From the NCBI GenBank assembly GCA_031409275.1, contig JANNXA010000036.1, positions 1-64,000 on the forward strand: DNA of 64,000 nt. The letters run 5' to 3'. This stretch comes from Planctomycetota bacterium (GTDB taxonomy: Bacteria; Planctomycetota; B15-G4; SIAN01). Shown here in pieces: positions 19,242 through 28,951 of this stretch. The translations under genes were made by a program, and so were the position numbers. The notes beneath the pieces were generated by a model. That model was not told the origin of the DNA. It made no database searches and was given only the letters and a program-made list of their open reading frames with translations. Within the stretch, counting starts at the first letter, position 1; each line of letters starts with the position of its first letter.

Positions 19242-19820
19242 ATGATCCTGCAGACCGTGCTGCTCTTCGGACCACCGGGCTCGGGGAAGGGCACTCAGGC
19301 GAAGCGCCTCGAGCGATCCCTCAGAGCGGTGCACATCTCGACCGGGGACATGTTTCGCGACCACCTGAACCGGCGCACCGAGCTCGGTCTCAAGATCGCG
19401 AACCTGCTGAAGAGCGGTCAGCTCGTCCCTGACACCGTGACCAATGAGATGGTGCGCGATCGCCTGCTGCGCCCCGACGTCGCGCTCGGGACCCTCCTCG
19501 ACGGCTTCCCGCGCAACATCGTCCAGGCGCGCTGGCTCGAGTTGCTGCTCGGCAGCCGCGGCTACGGCATTCGCGGCGTCATCGTCATGAACGTCCCGCG
19601 CGATCAGCTCATCGATCGGCTGAAGGGCCGTGCGATCAAGGAAGGGCGCAGCGACGACGCCGACGAAGCCGTGATCCGAAGCCGACTCGACACCTACGCG
19701 GCGCAGACCGAAGCGTGCCTCGGCTACTACAAGCTCGAACGCAAGCCGGTCCACTTGATCGACGGTGTCGGCGAAGTGGACGCCGTGACCGAGCGCATCT
19801 TGAAGGCGCTCGGCGCCTGA
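19242..19820 (+). CDS. adk: Adenylate kinase (short-LID type)
   Basis: GPPGSGKGTQA, STGDMFR, LDGFPRN and GRSDD motifs. Confidence 0.95.
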   Translation: MILQTVLLFGPPGSGKGTQAKRLERSLRAVHISTGDMFRDHLNRRTELGLKIANLLKSGQLVPDTVTNEMVRDRLLRPDVALGTLLDGFPRNIVQARWLELLLGSRGYGIRGVIVMNVPRDQLIDRLKGRAIKEGRSDDADEAVIRSRLDTYAAQTEACLGYYKLERKPVHLIDGVGEVDAVTERILKALGA

Positions 19821-19951
19821 GCGAGCGCGCCGTCCGATTCGCCCGCGCGGCGGCGCTTCATTCACGCTTTCGCCGATGGCGAGTCCGGGTCGCGTGAGCG
19901 ACTCCAGGGCAGGGTCGCCGCCGACCGGCTGGAACGAAGTTGAAACGAAGA

Positions 19952-19981
19952 CGGCGCGCTCGGTTCTCACCGAGCGCGCCG
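19952..19981 (-). terminator. Intrinsic terminator at the end of the ribosomal protein supercluster
   Basis: 13-bp perfect stem CGGCGCGCTCGGT/ACCGAGCGCGCCG with a 4-nt loop, followed on the minus strand by TCTTCGTTTC. Lies between convergent adk and rplQ. Confidence 0.75.
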
Positions 19982-20071
19982 CAGTGCTTCGAATCATCGT
20001 TTTCCGGTCGTCGTTCCGAACGTCACGCCGTCGTTCGCCCCGCTCGGGCGCGACGGCGATCGCGGGGCCGC

Positions 20072-20554
20072 TTAGCTCTTGGCGGGCTCCTTCGCGGCCT
20101 CTTCGCCCTTCTTCTTCTTCGGCTTCTTGCCCTTGGTGGCCTGTTCGGCCTCGAGCGCCCGAGCCTCGTCGGCCGCCTTCGCGCGGCGTTCACTCTCTCC
20201 GACCAGCTCCAAGATCGCCCGCGGCGCAGCGTCGCCGACGCGTGGCTTCGAGAGCTTCAAGATGCGCGTGTAGCCGCCGGCGCGCTCCGCGAACGGAGGA
20301 GCGACGACATCGAACAAGCGCTTCACGATCGAGCGCTTGTTGCCCAGCTGGGAAGCCGCACGCCGAATCCGAGCGAGCGAGTTGACCTTCGCGAGATGGA
20401 TCAACTTGTCAGCGTGGCGGCGGTACTCCTTCGCCTTCGCCAAAGTGGTCACCACTCGCCCGTGGAGGATCAGCGCAGTCAGCATGTTCATGCGCTGCGC
20501 CTTGCGGTGATCGGCACGAATGCCGAGCTTGCGTCCGAGTTTCTTGTGCCGCAT
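20072..20554 (-). CDS. rplQ: 50S ribosomal protein L17
   Basis: MRHKKLGRKLG, TTLAKAKE and GGYTRILK motifs. Confidence 0.97.
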   Translation of the reverse strand: MRHKKLGRKLGIRADHRKAQRMNMLTALILHGRVVTTLAKAKEYRRHADKLIHLAKVNSLARIRRAASQLGNKRSIVKRLFDVVAPPFAERAGGYTRILKLSKPRVGDAAPRAILELVGESERRAKAADEARALEAEQATKGKKPKKKKGEEAAKEPAKS

Positions 20555-20601
20555 CGCGGGGTTCTTTCTCTGCTCTCGCTACCGGTACTGGCGCGCCGAG
20601 C

Positions 20602-21696
20602 TCAGGAGTTGACGTCGAGGACCGGACCACCGTTGCCCGAGGGCGCGTCGCCAGAGCCGCCGTCATCTTCGCCGTCGTCGACGTAGATGGCCGAACCTGC
20701 GAGGGCCAGGCCGGACTCACCGAGCTTCAGCTTCACTTCCTTCAGCGAGGTCTGGCCGAAGTTGCGCAGCTCGAGAAGTTCCTGCTCGCTCAGCTTCACG
20801 AGCTGGCGGATGGTCCGAATGTTCTCCGCATCCAGGCAGTTGCGAGCCCGCACGGAGAGATTGAGCGTCGTGATCGGCTGATCGAGGAGCGCCGCGCCGC
20901 CACCACCATCGACCGGCAGGTCGACCATGCCGACGCGCGAAGCGCTCGGCTCGCTGCCTTCCGTCGCCAGGATCCCGGCGCCGGGCTGCAGGTAGTGGAC
21001 GAACGGGTTGAGATGCTTGCGGTAGATCTTGGCCGCTTCCACCAGCGCGCTGTCAGGCGTGACCGCGCCGTTGGTCCACACTTCGAGATTCAGCTTGTCG
21101 AAGTTGGTCATCTTCCCGACGCGGGTCTCTTCGACCTTGTAGCGCACTCGGGTCACGGGCGAGAAGTTGGAGTCGATGGCGATGACGCCCGTCTCCTTCT
21201 CTTCCTTCTCGTTCTCTTCCGCGGTGCGATAGCCGCGACCGCGCTGCGCCATCATGTCGAGCCGGAACTCGCGATCTGCCGTCAGCGTGCAGATCACGTG
21301 ATTCGGGTTCATCACTTCGGCGTCGGCCGGGCACTGGATGTCACCGGCGGTGACGGGCCCCTTCTTGCGTACATCGATGCGCAAAGGCACTGGCCCCTCG
21401 CCGGCGAGCCGAACGAGAACGCCCTTCACGTTGAGGACGAGATCGACGATGTCCTCCCGCACGCCCTCGATGGTCGAGAACTCGTGCTGGACGCCATCGA
21501 TCTTGATCTGCGTGATCGCGAAGCCCTCGATCGACGAGAGCAACACGCGCCTCATCCCGTTGCCGACGGTGTGGCCGAAGCCCCGCTCGAACGGCTCGAC
21601 GACGAAGCGCCCGTAGGTGGTCGTGGCCGACTCGGTGTCGGCAGCAACTCGCGACGGCAGCTCGAAGCTGCGCCACTTGATTCGCATCTGGGTCAT
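20602..21696 (-). CDS. rpoA: RNA polymerase alpha subunit
   Basis: EPFERGFGHTVGN, RRVLLSSIEG, HEFSTIEGV, LSVRARNCL and RNFGQTSL motifs. Confidence 0.98.
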   Translation of the reverse strand: MTQMRIKWRSFELPSRVAADTESATTTYGRFVVEPFERGFGHTVGNGMRRVLLSSIEGFAITQIKIDGVQHEFSTIEGVREDIVDLVLNVKGVLVRLAGEGPVPLRIDVRKKGPVTAGDIQCPADAEVMNPNHVICTLTADREFRLDMMAQRGRGYRTAEENEKEEKETGVIAIDSNFSPVTRVRYKVEETRVGKMTNFDKLNLEVWTNGAVTPDSALVEAAKIYRKHLNPFVHYLQPGAGILATEGSEPSASRVGMVDLPVDGGGGAALLDQPITTLNLSVRARNCLDAENIRTIRQLVKLSEQELLELRNFGQTSLKEVKLKLGESGLALAGSAIYVDDGEDDGGSGDAPSGNGGPVLDVNS

Positions 21697-21706
21697 CTCC
21701 GTTGGA

Positions 21707-22333
21707 TCAGCGCGACATCAATTCGACGACGAGCTGTTCGTCGACGGGGAACTCGAGGTGCTCGCGCTTGGGCAGCTCGGCGACCTTGACGGTGAAGGAC
21801 GCCTCATCGAGCTGGAGCCAACTCGGCACCGACTCGCCCTTGCGCGATTCCTGGCACTCCTTCAGGTACTTCACCACCTTCTCGCGCTTGGAGAAGGTAA
21901 GGGTGTCGCCCTGGCGGACGTTCGCCGACGGAATGTTGCAGCGCCGGCCGTTCACGAACACGTGGCCGTGCTGGATGAGCTGACGCGCGTGGCGGCGCGA
22001 CAGCGAGATCCCAGCCAGCTGCACGACGTGGTCGAGGCGCTGCTGGAGCAGCTTGAGCAGGTGCTCGCCGGTATTGCCCGGCAAGCGCGATGCGCGCTCG
22101 AAGACCAGCCGGAACGCGGTCTCCGACACTCCGAAGAAGCGCTTGAGCTTCTGCTTCTCGCGGAGGCGGACACCAAAGTTCGAGGGCCGGCCACGGCTCC
22201 AGGAGTGCTGGCCGGGCTGGTAGTTGCGCTTGACGATCGCGCACTTGGCCGATTCACAGCGAGCGCCCTTGAGGTAGAGCTTCTCGCCTTCGCGGCGGCA
22301 GAGCTTGCAGACCGATCCGGTTTCGCGAGCCAT
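21707..22333 (-). CDS. rpsD: 30S ribosomal protein S4 (Zn-binding type)
   Basis: CKLCRREGEKLYLKG.RC...KC, PGQH, EKQK and ARQLIQHGH motifs. Confidence 0.97.
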   Translation of the reverse strand: MARETGSVCKLCRREGEKLYLKGARCESAKCAIVKRNYQPGQHSWSRGRPSNFGVRLREKQKLKRFFGVSETAFRLVFERASRLPGNTGEHLLKLLQQRLDHVVQLAGISLSRRHARQLIQHGHVFVNGRRCNIPSANVRQGDTLTFSKREKVVKYLKECQESRKGESVPSWLQLDEASFTVKVAELPKREHLEFPVDEQLVVELMSR

Positions 22334-22406
22334 TGCTTCGTTTCGAACTCCGAGTCAGGCGGAAAAGCCGCCCATATTGGCCTTCGAGTCGGGAAAAGCG
22401 AACGAA

Positions 22407-22781
22407 TCAAACGCGACGGCGCTTCCGAGGACGGCAACCGTTGTGCGGAAGAGGGGTGCGATCTTCGATCGCGCGGACGGTAAGTCCAGAGGCGGCGAGG
22501 GCTCGCACCGCCGATTCGCGGCCGCTGCCCGGGCCATTCACCCGGACCTCGACCTCCTTGACGCCCATCTTGATCGCGGTCACGGCGGCCTTCTCGGCTG
22601 CCTTCTGCGCCGCGAAGGGGGTCGATTTGCGCGAGCCCTTGAAGCCGACGTTGCCGGCGCTCGACCAAGCGAGCGTGTCGCCGCGCAGATCGGTGATCGT
22701 CACCATCGTGTTGTTGAACGTCGCCACGACGTGCGCGATCGCCTTCGCTGAACTGCGGCGCGCCTTCTTCTTCTTGGCCAT
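22407..22781 (-). CDS. rpsK: 30S ribosomal protein S11
   Basis: [19 protein letters not shown] and PHNGCRP motifs. Confidence 0.98.
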   Translation of the reverse strand: MAKKKKARRSSAKAIAHVVATFNNTMVTITDLRGDTLAWSSAGNVGFKGSRKSTPFAAQKAAEKAAVTAIKMGVKEVEVRVNGPGSGRESAVRALAASGLTVRAIEDRTPLPHNGCRPRKRRRV

Positions 22782-22919
22782 CCGACTTCGTTTCCTGTCC
22801 TGGGACCCGCGAGCAGTCGCCCGCGCGTCGTTCCGTTGCGCCCGCCGTTGGAGCCGAAGCCCGCGACGAGTTCGGCCCGCCGCCCGGTTGCCGGGCGACC
22901 GCCAAGGATTACCTCGGGA

Positions 22920-23300
22920 CTACTTGACCTTCGCACCTTTCTTGCCGGCGACGGTCTTTCGCGGCCCCTTGCGGGTGCGCGAGTTGGTTTTCGTGCGCTG
23001 TCCACGAACCGGCAGGCCCTTGCGGTGCCGCAGCCCCCGGTAGGTGCCGATCTCCTTCAGGCGCTGGATGTTGACCGCGATCTGCCGGCGCAACGTTCCT
23101 TCGACTGGCATCGTCTTGTCGAGCCACTCGGCGATGTGCGCGAGCTCTTCCTCGGTCAGGTCCTTCGCGCGCTGATCCGGATCGATCTTGAGGTCGACGC
23201 AGATCCGCTGGGCCGTCGGAATCCCCACGCCGTAGATGTAGGCGAGCGAGTAAGGGACCTTCTTGTCGGCAGGGATGTCGACACCCTGAATACGAGGCAT
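22920..23300 (-). CDS. rpsM: 30S ribosomal protein S13
   Basis: [16 protein letters not shown] and [20 protein letters not shown] motifs. Confidence 0.98.
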   Translation of the reverse strand: MPRIQGVDIPADKKVPYSLAYIYGVGIPTAQRICVDLKIDPDQRAKDLTEEELAHIAEWLDKTMPVEGTLRRQIAVNIQRLKEIGTYRGLRHRKGLPVRGQRTKTNSRTRKGPRKTVAGKKGAKVK

Positions 23301-23397
23301 GGAGCGTTCCTCTTGTGTGCGGCGAATCGAATGCGTTGCGCGGGCGACGTCTGCGGATCGGCCGTACCGGGCGCGTCGAAAGCGCGCCTCGGTGCGA

Positions 23398-23511
23398 TCA
23401 ACCCTGGCGTTGCTTGTGACGCGGCTCGGTGCAAACCACGAAGACGACGCCACGGCGTCGGACGATCTTGCACTTGTCGCAAATGGGCTTTACGGAAGCA
23501 CGTACCTTCAC
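23398..23511 (-). CDS. rpmJ: 50S ribosomal protein L36 (absent from the ORF track)
   Basis: Manual translation: [37 protein letters not shown]. Confidence 0.97.
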   Translation of the reverse strand: MKVRASVKPICDKCKIVRRRGVVFVVCTEPRHKQRQG

Positions 23512-23568
23512 AGCACTCTCTCCTGAGTCACGAGACCCGACGAACCCTGCACGCTACTCGCAACCGTC

Positions 23569-23784
23569 CTACTCACGATAGACGATGCGCCCGCGAGTCA
23601 GGTCATATGGCGAAAGCTCGATCGAGACCTTGTCGCCGGGAAGGATGCGGATGAAGTGCATCCTCATCTTTCCCGAAGCGTGGGCCAGGATGGTGTGACC
23701 GTTCTCCAGCTTCACGCGGAAGACCGCGTTCGGCAGCGACTCGGTCACGACCGCCGAGATTCTGATCGCCTCTTCTTTCGCCAC
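23569..23784 (-). CDS. infA: Translation initiation factor IF-1
   Basis: [28 protein letters not shown] and [10 protein letters not shown] motifs. Confidence 0.98.
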   Translation of the reverse strand: MAKEEAIRISAVVTESLPNAVFRVKLENGHTILAHASGKMRMHFIRILPGDKVSIELSPYDLTRGRIVYRE

Positions 23785-23832
23785 TACGCCGGATCCTCTC
23801 ACTCGCGTCCTGCGGTCCGAATCTGCCGCCGC

Positions 23833-24612
23833 TCAAGGGAGCGTCAGCACCTGCGGACCATTCTCCGTCACTGCCACCGTGTGCTCGAAGTGAGCCGAGC
23901 GGCGACCATCAGCCGTCACCACCGTCCACAAGTCATCGAGCACGCGGACATCGTGAGTGCCGGCGTTCACCATCGGTTCGATGGCGAACACATGCCCCAC
24001 TTCAAGGACGAGTTCCGAGAACGGAAACCCCGCCTCGAAATAGTTCGGGACCTGCGGCTCCTCGTGGAGCGCGCGGCCGATGCCGTGGCCGACGTACTGT
24101 CGCACCACGGTGAACTTCGACTCTCGCTTGACGAAGGCCTCGACCGCCTTCGACACGTCACCCAGGCGCCGACTCGGTCGCATCTCGGCGACACCCGCCA
24201 TGAGCGCGCCTTCGCAGACGCGCAGCAGTTCGAGCGACTCCGGTTCGATCGCGCCAACGGCGTAAGTGCGCGCCGCATCGCCGTGCCAGCCATCGAGCAC
24301 CGCACCGCAATCAACCGTGACCACGTCACCGGCGACGAGCCGGCGGTTGCCGGGAATGCCGTGCACGACCTCTTCGTTGACGGAGATGCAGAGGCTCTTC
24401 GGAAAACCGTGGTAGCCCTTGAAGGAGGGCTTCGCGCCACGGCTGCGAATGTGCGCCTCGGCGAACTCGTCGAGCTCGAGCGGCGTCGTTCCGGGCCGAA
24501 TCATCGGTCCCACGGCGGCGAGGATCTCGCCGACGATGCGACCTGACTCGCGCATCTTCGCGAGTTCCGTTGCGGTCTTGGGGCGGATGCGAGCTGCCGT
24601 CCGCACGATCAA
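23833..24612 (-). CDS. map: Methionine aminopeptidase type I
   Basis: CISVNEEVVHGIP, GWHGD, GHGIG..LHEEP, AIEPM and AHFEHT motifs. Start approximate (TTG overlapping the secY stop). Confidence 0.96.
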   Translation of the reverse strand: MIVRTAARIRPKTATELAKMRESGRIVGEILAAVGPMIRPGTTPLELDEFAEAHIRSRGAKPSFKGYHGFPKSLCISVNEEVVHGIPGNRRLVAGDVVTVDCGAVLDGWHGDAARTYAVGAIEPESLELLRVCEGALMAGVAEMRPSRRLGDVSKAVEAFVKRESKFTVVRQYVGHGIGRALHEEPQVPNYFEAGFPFSELVLEVGHVFAIEPMVNAGTHDVRVLDDLWTVVTADGRRSAHFEHTVAVTENGPQVLTLP

Positions 24613-25961
24613 TTGCCCTCGCCTTGGGGCTCGCGGCGACGGGCCCAACCCCCGCTCTGCTGACCGCTGGTGAATCCCTCGTAATTGCGCATCACGAGCA
24701 GCGCGTTGATCTTGTCGACGAGGTCGAGGCACACGCCGACCGTGATCAAGATCGACGTCCCGCCGATGGCGTACGCGATCCCGCGACCACCGCTGGTGCC
24801 GAGCAGGTCGTTCGCGAAGTACGGGAAGAGTGCGATGACGGCGAGGAAGGCCGCGCCGACCAGCGTCACTCGCACCATCACGCCCTCGAGGAACTCGGAA
24901 GTGCGCTGGCCCGGCCGGATGCCGGGGATGAAGCTGCCGTATTCCTTCAGGTTGTTCGCCATCTCCTTCGGCTGGAACATCACGGCGGTCCAGAAGAACG
25001 AGAAGAAGAAGATCAGCGACGTATAGAGCAGCAGATAGAGGAACGACTCGTAGCCAAGGTACTCGTTGATGAAGCCGAGACCTGGCGCCTTGCCGAGCAT
25101 GCTCGGGATCACGAACAGGGTCTGCGCGAAGACGATCGGCATGACGCCGACCGCGCTCACCTTGAGCGGAATGAAGTGCCTGGCCCCGCCGAGCTGGCGA
25201 CGTCCGCGCGTCAGCTTCGCCTGCTGGATCGGAACCCGTCGCTGTGCTTTCGTGAAGAAGACGACGGCGATCACGCTGACGAAGAACATGCCGATGATCT
25301 CGGCGATGAACTGGGTCTTGTGATCAGGATCGCCGTTGAGCGACGTCGAGATCTGGGTCGGAAGCCGGGCAATGATGCCCGCCATGATGATCAGCGAGGT
25401 GCCTTGGCCGATGCCGTGCTCGCTGATCTTCTCGCCGATCCACATGATCAGCAGCGTGCCGGCCGTCAAGATCATCACCAGCGCGGCTTTGAAGAAGAAG
25501 CTCGCGAAGAGCTCCGGCGGGATCAATGGCGTCCCGCCCTGAGCGACGTCGCGGCTGATCAGCGTCGTGACGGTCACGCCGGCCTGGAACAGGCAGATCG
25601 GCACCGTCGCCCAACGAGTCCACTGGTTGATCTTGCGCTGACCGGACTGCCCTTCCTTCGCGATCTGCTCGAGCGCCGGGACCATCTTCTGCAGCAACGA
25701 GAAGACGATCGACGCCGAGATGTATGGCATCACGCCGAGCGAGAAGACCGTTGCGCTGCCGAGGGCACCGCCGGAAAGCGCGTTCAGGATGCCGATGACG
25801 CCGCTGTTGCCCGTCCCGAGCCGACGAACGAACTCGTCGGCGTTCACGCCCGGAAGAAGGACGTGGTTCCCCAGACGAAACAGGAACAGAAGACCAAGCG
25901 TCCAGAGGATCTTCTTGCGAAGCTCCGGAACACGAAGGATCTCTGTTGCCTTACCGAACAT
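24609..25961 (-). CDS. secY: Preprotein translocase subunit SecY
   Basis: LGVMPYISASI, WIGEKISEHGIG, FIPGIRPG and GGTSILI motifs. Confidence 0.98.
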   Translation of the reverse strand: MFGKATEILRVPELRKKILWTLGLLFLFRLGNHVLLPGVNADEFVRRLGTGNSGVIGILNALSGGALGSATVFSLGVMPYISASIVFSLLQKMVPALEQIAKEGQSGQRKINQWTRWATVPICLFQAGVTVTTLISRDVAQGGTPLIPPELFASFFFKAALVMILTAGTLLIMWIGEKISEHGIGQGTSLIIMAGIIARLPTQISTSLNGDPDHKTQFIAEIIGMFFVSVIAVVFFTKAQRRVPIQQAKLTRGRRQLGGARHFIPLKVSAVGVMPIVFAQTLFVIPSMLGKAPGLGFINEYLGYESFLYLLLYTSLIFFFSFFWTAVMFQPKEMANNLKEYGSFIPGIRPGQRTSEFLEGVMVRVTLVGAAFLAVIALFPYFANDLLGTSGGRGIAYAIGGTSILITVGVCLDLVDKINALLVMRNYEGFTSGQQSGGWARRREPQGEGN

Positions 25962-26026
25962 ACCGATCTGCCTGGGGTGAGAACGAAGAGCGGCGGGATC
26001 GCCGCGCTAACGGGAACTCGAGTCCG

Positions 26027-26680
26027 TCACTTCTTCTTCGGAGCACCGCCCGTTGGCGGCTTCTTGTCCTTCTTGTCGCCGCCCTTGTCATTCGCCGGAC
26101 GCGCGATCTTCGCGGTCTTCGCCGGCTTGGCGGCCGCTTCTGCGCCCGGAGCAGGAGCGTTGGCCGCGGCCTTGAGCGCCTTCTTCTTGTCCGCGTCAAT
26201 CTTGCGGAAGTTCGGCGACGGCTTCTTCGGCAGCGGCGCGTCCACCTTGCCGCCGGCCTTCTCGAGCTTCGCGCGAGCGGAGACCGAGACCGCAACGTCG
26301 GCGCCGAGCTTGAACGACTTCGTCACTTCGCCCGAACCGAGGACCTTGAGCCGTTCCGCACCGCGGCGGACGAGGCCTCGCTCGACGACGCTCGCCAGCG
26401 AGATCTCCTCGCCGGACTTGAACGCCTTCTCGAGCGCGACGAGGTTGACCGTGTCCCACTCGGTGCGGAACGCGGCGTTGTTGAAGCCGCGACGAGGCAG
26501 ACGGCGGAAGAACCGCATCGTCCCGCCTTCGAAGCCGAGCTTGATGGAGTTGCCGCTGCGCGAGTACGCGCCGTGCTGGCCACGACCCGCGGTCTTGCCG
26601 CTGCCGGAACCGGCACCACGGCCGACGCGCCAGCGTTGCTGGCGCTTCGGGCCGGAGTTGAGAACATCGTGGAGCATCAT
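26027..26680 (-). CDS. rplO: 50S ribosomal protein L15 with long basic C-terminal extension
   Basis: RVGRGAGSGSGKTAGRG, FEGG, RRLPRRGF and KVLGSG motifs. Confidence 0.96.
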   Translation of the reverse strand: MMLHDVLNSGPKRQQRWRVGRGAGSGSGKTAGRGQHGAYSRSGNSIKLGFEGGTMRFFRRLPRRGFNNAAFRTEWDTVNLVALEKAFKSGEEISLASVVERGLVRRGAERLKVLGSGEVTKSFKLGADVAVSVSARAKLEKAGGKVDAPLPKKPSPNFRKIDADKKKALKAAANAPAPGAEAAAKPAKTAKIARPANDKGGDKKDKKPPTGGAPKKK

Positions 26681-27309
26681 CCGAGCGTCACTCCTCGCAG
26701 CGACTCGATCTGCGACTTCGTGCGCAGCGCCTCGAGCCCCTTGAATGCGGCCTTGACCAGGTTGATCGCGTTCGTCTGACCGATGCTCTTGGTGAGCACG
26801 TCCTTGACACCTGCGAGCTCGAGAACGGCTCGCACCGTGCCGCCCGCCACGATGCCGGTGCCGGGCGCTGCCGGCATCATTCGCACCGAAGAGGCCTCGA
26901 AACGCGACTCGACCTGGTGCGGGATCGTCGTGCCGACGCGCGGCACGTTGATGAGGTTCTTCTTCGCGTCCTTGACGCCTTTTTCGACGGCGTTCGGGAC
27001 AGCGCGCGCCTTGCCGAAGCCGAAACCGACCTTGCCGTCGCGGTTGCCGACGACGACGAGCGCCGAGAAGGAGAAGCGGCGACCTCCCTTCATCACTTTG
27101 GCGCAGCGGTTCACCTTGACGACGATCTCCTGGAACTGAGGTTCGTCGCCGTCGTCGCGTCCGCGGCCACGGCCATCGCCCCCACCTCGCGGCGGACGCC
27201 GGCCTTGGCCGCCACCACCGCCGCCGCCACCGCCGTGCGGCCCCCCGCCACCGCCTCGCGGCGGCTGCTGGTCAGGAGTGTCGTTCGAGCTGTCGTTGTG
27301 TTCAGTCAC
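26677..27309 (-). CDS. rpsE: 30S ribosomal protein S5 with Gly-rich N-terminal extension
   Basis: NRCAKVMKGGRRFSFSALVVVG and PAAPGTGIVAGG motifs. Confidence 0.97.
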   Translation of the reverse strand: MTEHNDSSNDTPDQQPPRGGGGGPHGGGGGGGGGQGRRPPRGGGDGRGRGRDDGDEPQFQEIVVKVNRCAKVMKGGRRFSFSALVVVGNRDGKVGFGFGKARAVPNAVEKGVKDAKKNLINVPRVGTTIPHQVESRFEASSVRMMPAAPGTGIVAGGTVRAVLELAGVKDVLTKSIGQTNAINLVKAAFKGLEALRTKSQIESLRGVTLG

Positions 27310-27317
27310 CGTTCACC

Positions 27318-27689
27318 TCAGAAGCTGAGACCGCCCTTGCGCGCACCGTCCGCGAGCGCCTTGACGCGCCCGTGATAACGGTAGTGACGCCGGTCGAAGA
27401 CGACCTTCTCGACACCGACCTTCTTGGCGCGCTCGGCGAGAGTCATGCCGACACGCATCGCCACGCCCACCTTGCCGGCAAGTCCCTCGGCCGGAGCAGC
27501 GAGCTCCTTCTCGAGGCTCGAAGCGCAGGCGACCGTGCGGCCGACCCGATCATCGATGACCTGGGCATAGATGAAGCGATTGCTGCGGAAGACGCAGAGC
27601 CGAACGCGATCCGAGCGAACCTTGATCCGCTTGAACACGCTGCTCGCCTTGCGTCCTCGGCGACGGCGGAGATCTCGATTGTGATCCAT
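27318..27689 (-). CDS. rplR: 50S ribosomal protein L18
   Basis: [18 protein letters not shown] and VFDR..YRYHGRV motifs. Confidence 0.97.
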   Translation of the reverse strand: MDHNRDLRRRRGRKASSVFKRIKVRSDRVRLCVFRSNRFIYAQVIDDRVGRTVACASSLEKELAAPAEGLAGKVGVAMRVGMTLAERAKKVGVEKVVFDRRHYRYHGRVKALADGARKGGLSF

Positions 27690-27722
27690 CTAAAAGTGCC
27701 TTTGCGTTGCGTGCTGAAGCGA

Positions 27723-28274
27723 TTACTTGCCCGCGGCCATCGACTTGCCGGCCTTGCGGCGAATCTGCTCGCCCGCGTAACGAACGCCTTTGCCCTGGTA
27801 GGGTTCCGGCGGACGCGAACCGCGAATGCGCGCCGAGAACTCCCCGACCATCTGGCGATCGATCCCCTTGACGTCGATTGTCGTCGGGTTCGGAGTCTCG
27901 ACCGAGATGCCCTTCGGGATCTCGAGGATGACCGGCGTGCTGAAGCCGACGGACATCGACAGCTTGCCCTTCTCGAGTTTCGCCTGGTAACCGACGCCGT
28001 GGATCTCAAGACGCTTGGCGTAACCGGTCGTCACACCCTCGACCATGTTCCGGCAAAGCGCGCGATAGAGGCCGTGCAGCGAGCGGTCGGCGCGATCGTC
28101 CGATGCCCGGCTGAACTTGACCTGCGCCGCGCCGGCGTCGATCTCGACCTTGATGCGCGCGTCGACCGCTTGGGTCAGGGTGCCCTTCGGCCCCTTCACC
28201 GAGAGCGTCCCGGCATCGAACTTGACTTCGACGCCCTTGGTCAATTGGACTGGCTGCTTTCCAATGCGGGACAT
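27723..28274 (-). CDS. rplF: 50S ribosomal protein L6
   Basis: MSRIGKQP, KGPKG and RPPEPYQGKG motifs. Confidence 0.98.
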   Translation of the reverse strand: MSRIGKQPVQLTKGVEVKFDAGTLSVKGPKGTLTQAVDARIKVEIDAGAAQVKFSRASDDRADRSLHGLYRALCRNMVEGVTTGYAKRLEIHGVGYQAKLEKGKLSMSVGFSTPVILEIPKGISVETPNPTTIDVKGIDRQMVGEFSARIRGSRPPEPYQGKGVRYAGEQIRRKAGKSMAAGK

Positions 28275-28672
28275 CAGTACACCTCAAGCAACGCTTCGCC
28301 ACCGACGTTCTGGGCACGAGCCTCTCGGTCCGAGAGGACGCCCTTCGCGGTGGTCAGGACGGTGATCCCCATGCCACGCAGGACCGGGGCGTGCGCCTCC
28401 ACGCTGCGATACACACGGCAGCCCGGCTTGCTCACGCGGGTGATGCTCTGCAACACCTGCTCGCCGTCGGGCCCGTACTTCAGCGCGAGCTTGAGCACGG
28501 GGAACCCGTCGCCGGACTCCACGGAGAAGTCGCGCAGGTAGCCCTCGCGCTTCAGCACTTCGCAAATGCCGGCCTTCAGGTTCGAGTGAGGCATGCGAAC
28601 CTCACCGCGCTTGATCGACAACGCATTGCGAATGCGCGTCGCGAGGTCGGCGATCGGATCAGTCATCGTCAT
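28274..28672 (-). CDS. rpsH: 30S ribosomal protein S8
   Basis: MTDPIAD, EGY and SKPGCRVY motifs. Confidence 0.98.
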   Translation of the reverse strand: MTMTDPIADLATRIRNALSIKRGEVRMPHSNLKAGICEVLKREGYLRDFSVESGDGFPVLKLALKYGPDGEQVLQSITRVSKPGCRVYRSVEAHAPVLRGMGITVLTTAKGVLSDREARAQNVGGEALLEVY

Positions 28673-28700
28673 GAGCGTGGTTCCGAGTACGTCTGGCGAA

Positions 28701-28886
28701 TCACCAGGAAGCCTTCTTCACGCCAGGGATCTCACCCTTGAGCGCAAGGGTTCGGAAGCAGATGCGGCAGATTCCGAACTTCTGATAGTAGGCGCGCGAA
28801 CGACCGCACAGGTTGCAGCGGCTGTGCTTGCGCACTGCGAACTTCGGAGTCCGCTTCGCCTTCACCCTCAAGCACGTCCTGGCCAA
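28701..28886 (-). CDS. rpsN: 30S ribosomal protein S14 (61-aa Zn-binding type Z)
   Basis: RCNLCGR...CRICFR and IPGVKKASW motifs. Confidence 0.97.
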   Translation of the reverse strand: MARTCLRVKAKRTPKFAVRKHSRCNLCGRSRAYYQKFGICRICFRTLALKGEIPGVKKASW

Positions 28887-28951
28887 AGTTCACCACTCCT
28901 TGTCTGCAGCACCCGGACGTTCCGGGTGCCTCCGGTTCCAATCGAGCGATC

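Noticed and set aside
27181..27270. CCG/CCA trinucleotide run as a repeat element
   Set aside because: It encodes the poly-Gly tract of S5.
28909..28929. 9-bp hairpin between rplE and rpsN as a terminator
   Set aside because: No U-tract and mid-operon; more likely a processing or stability element.
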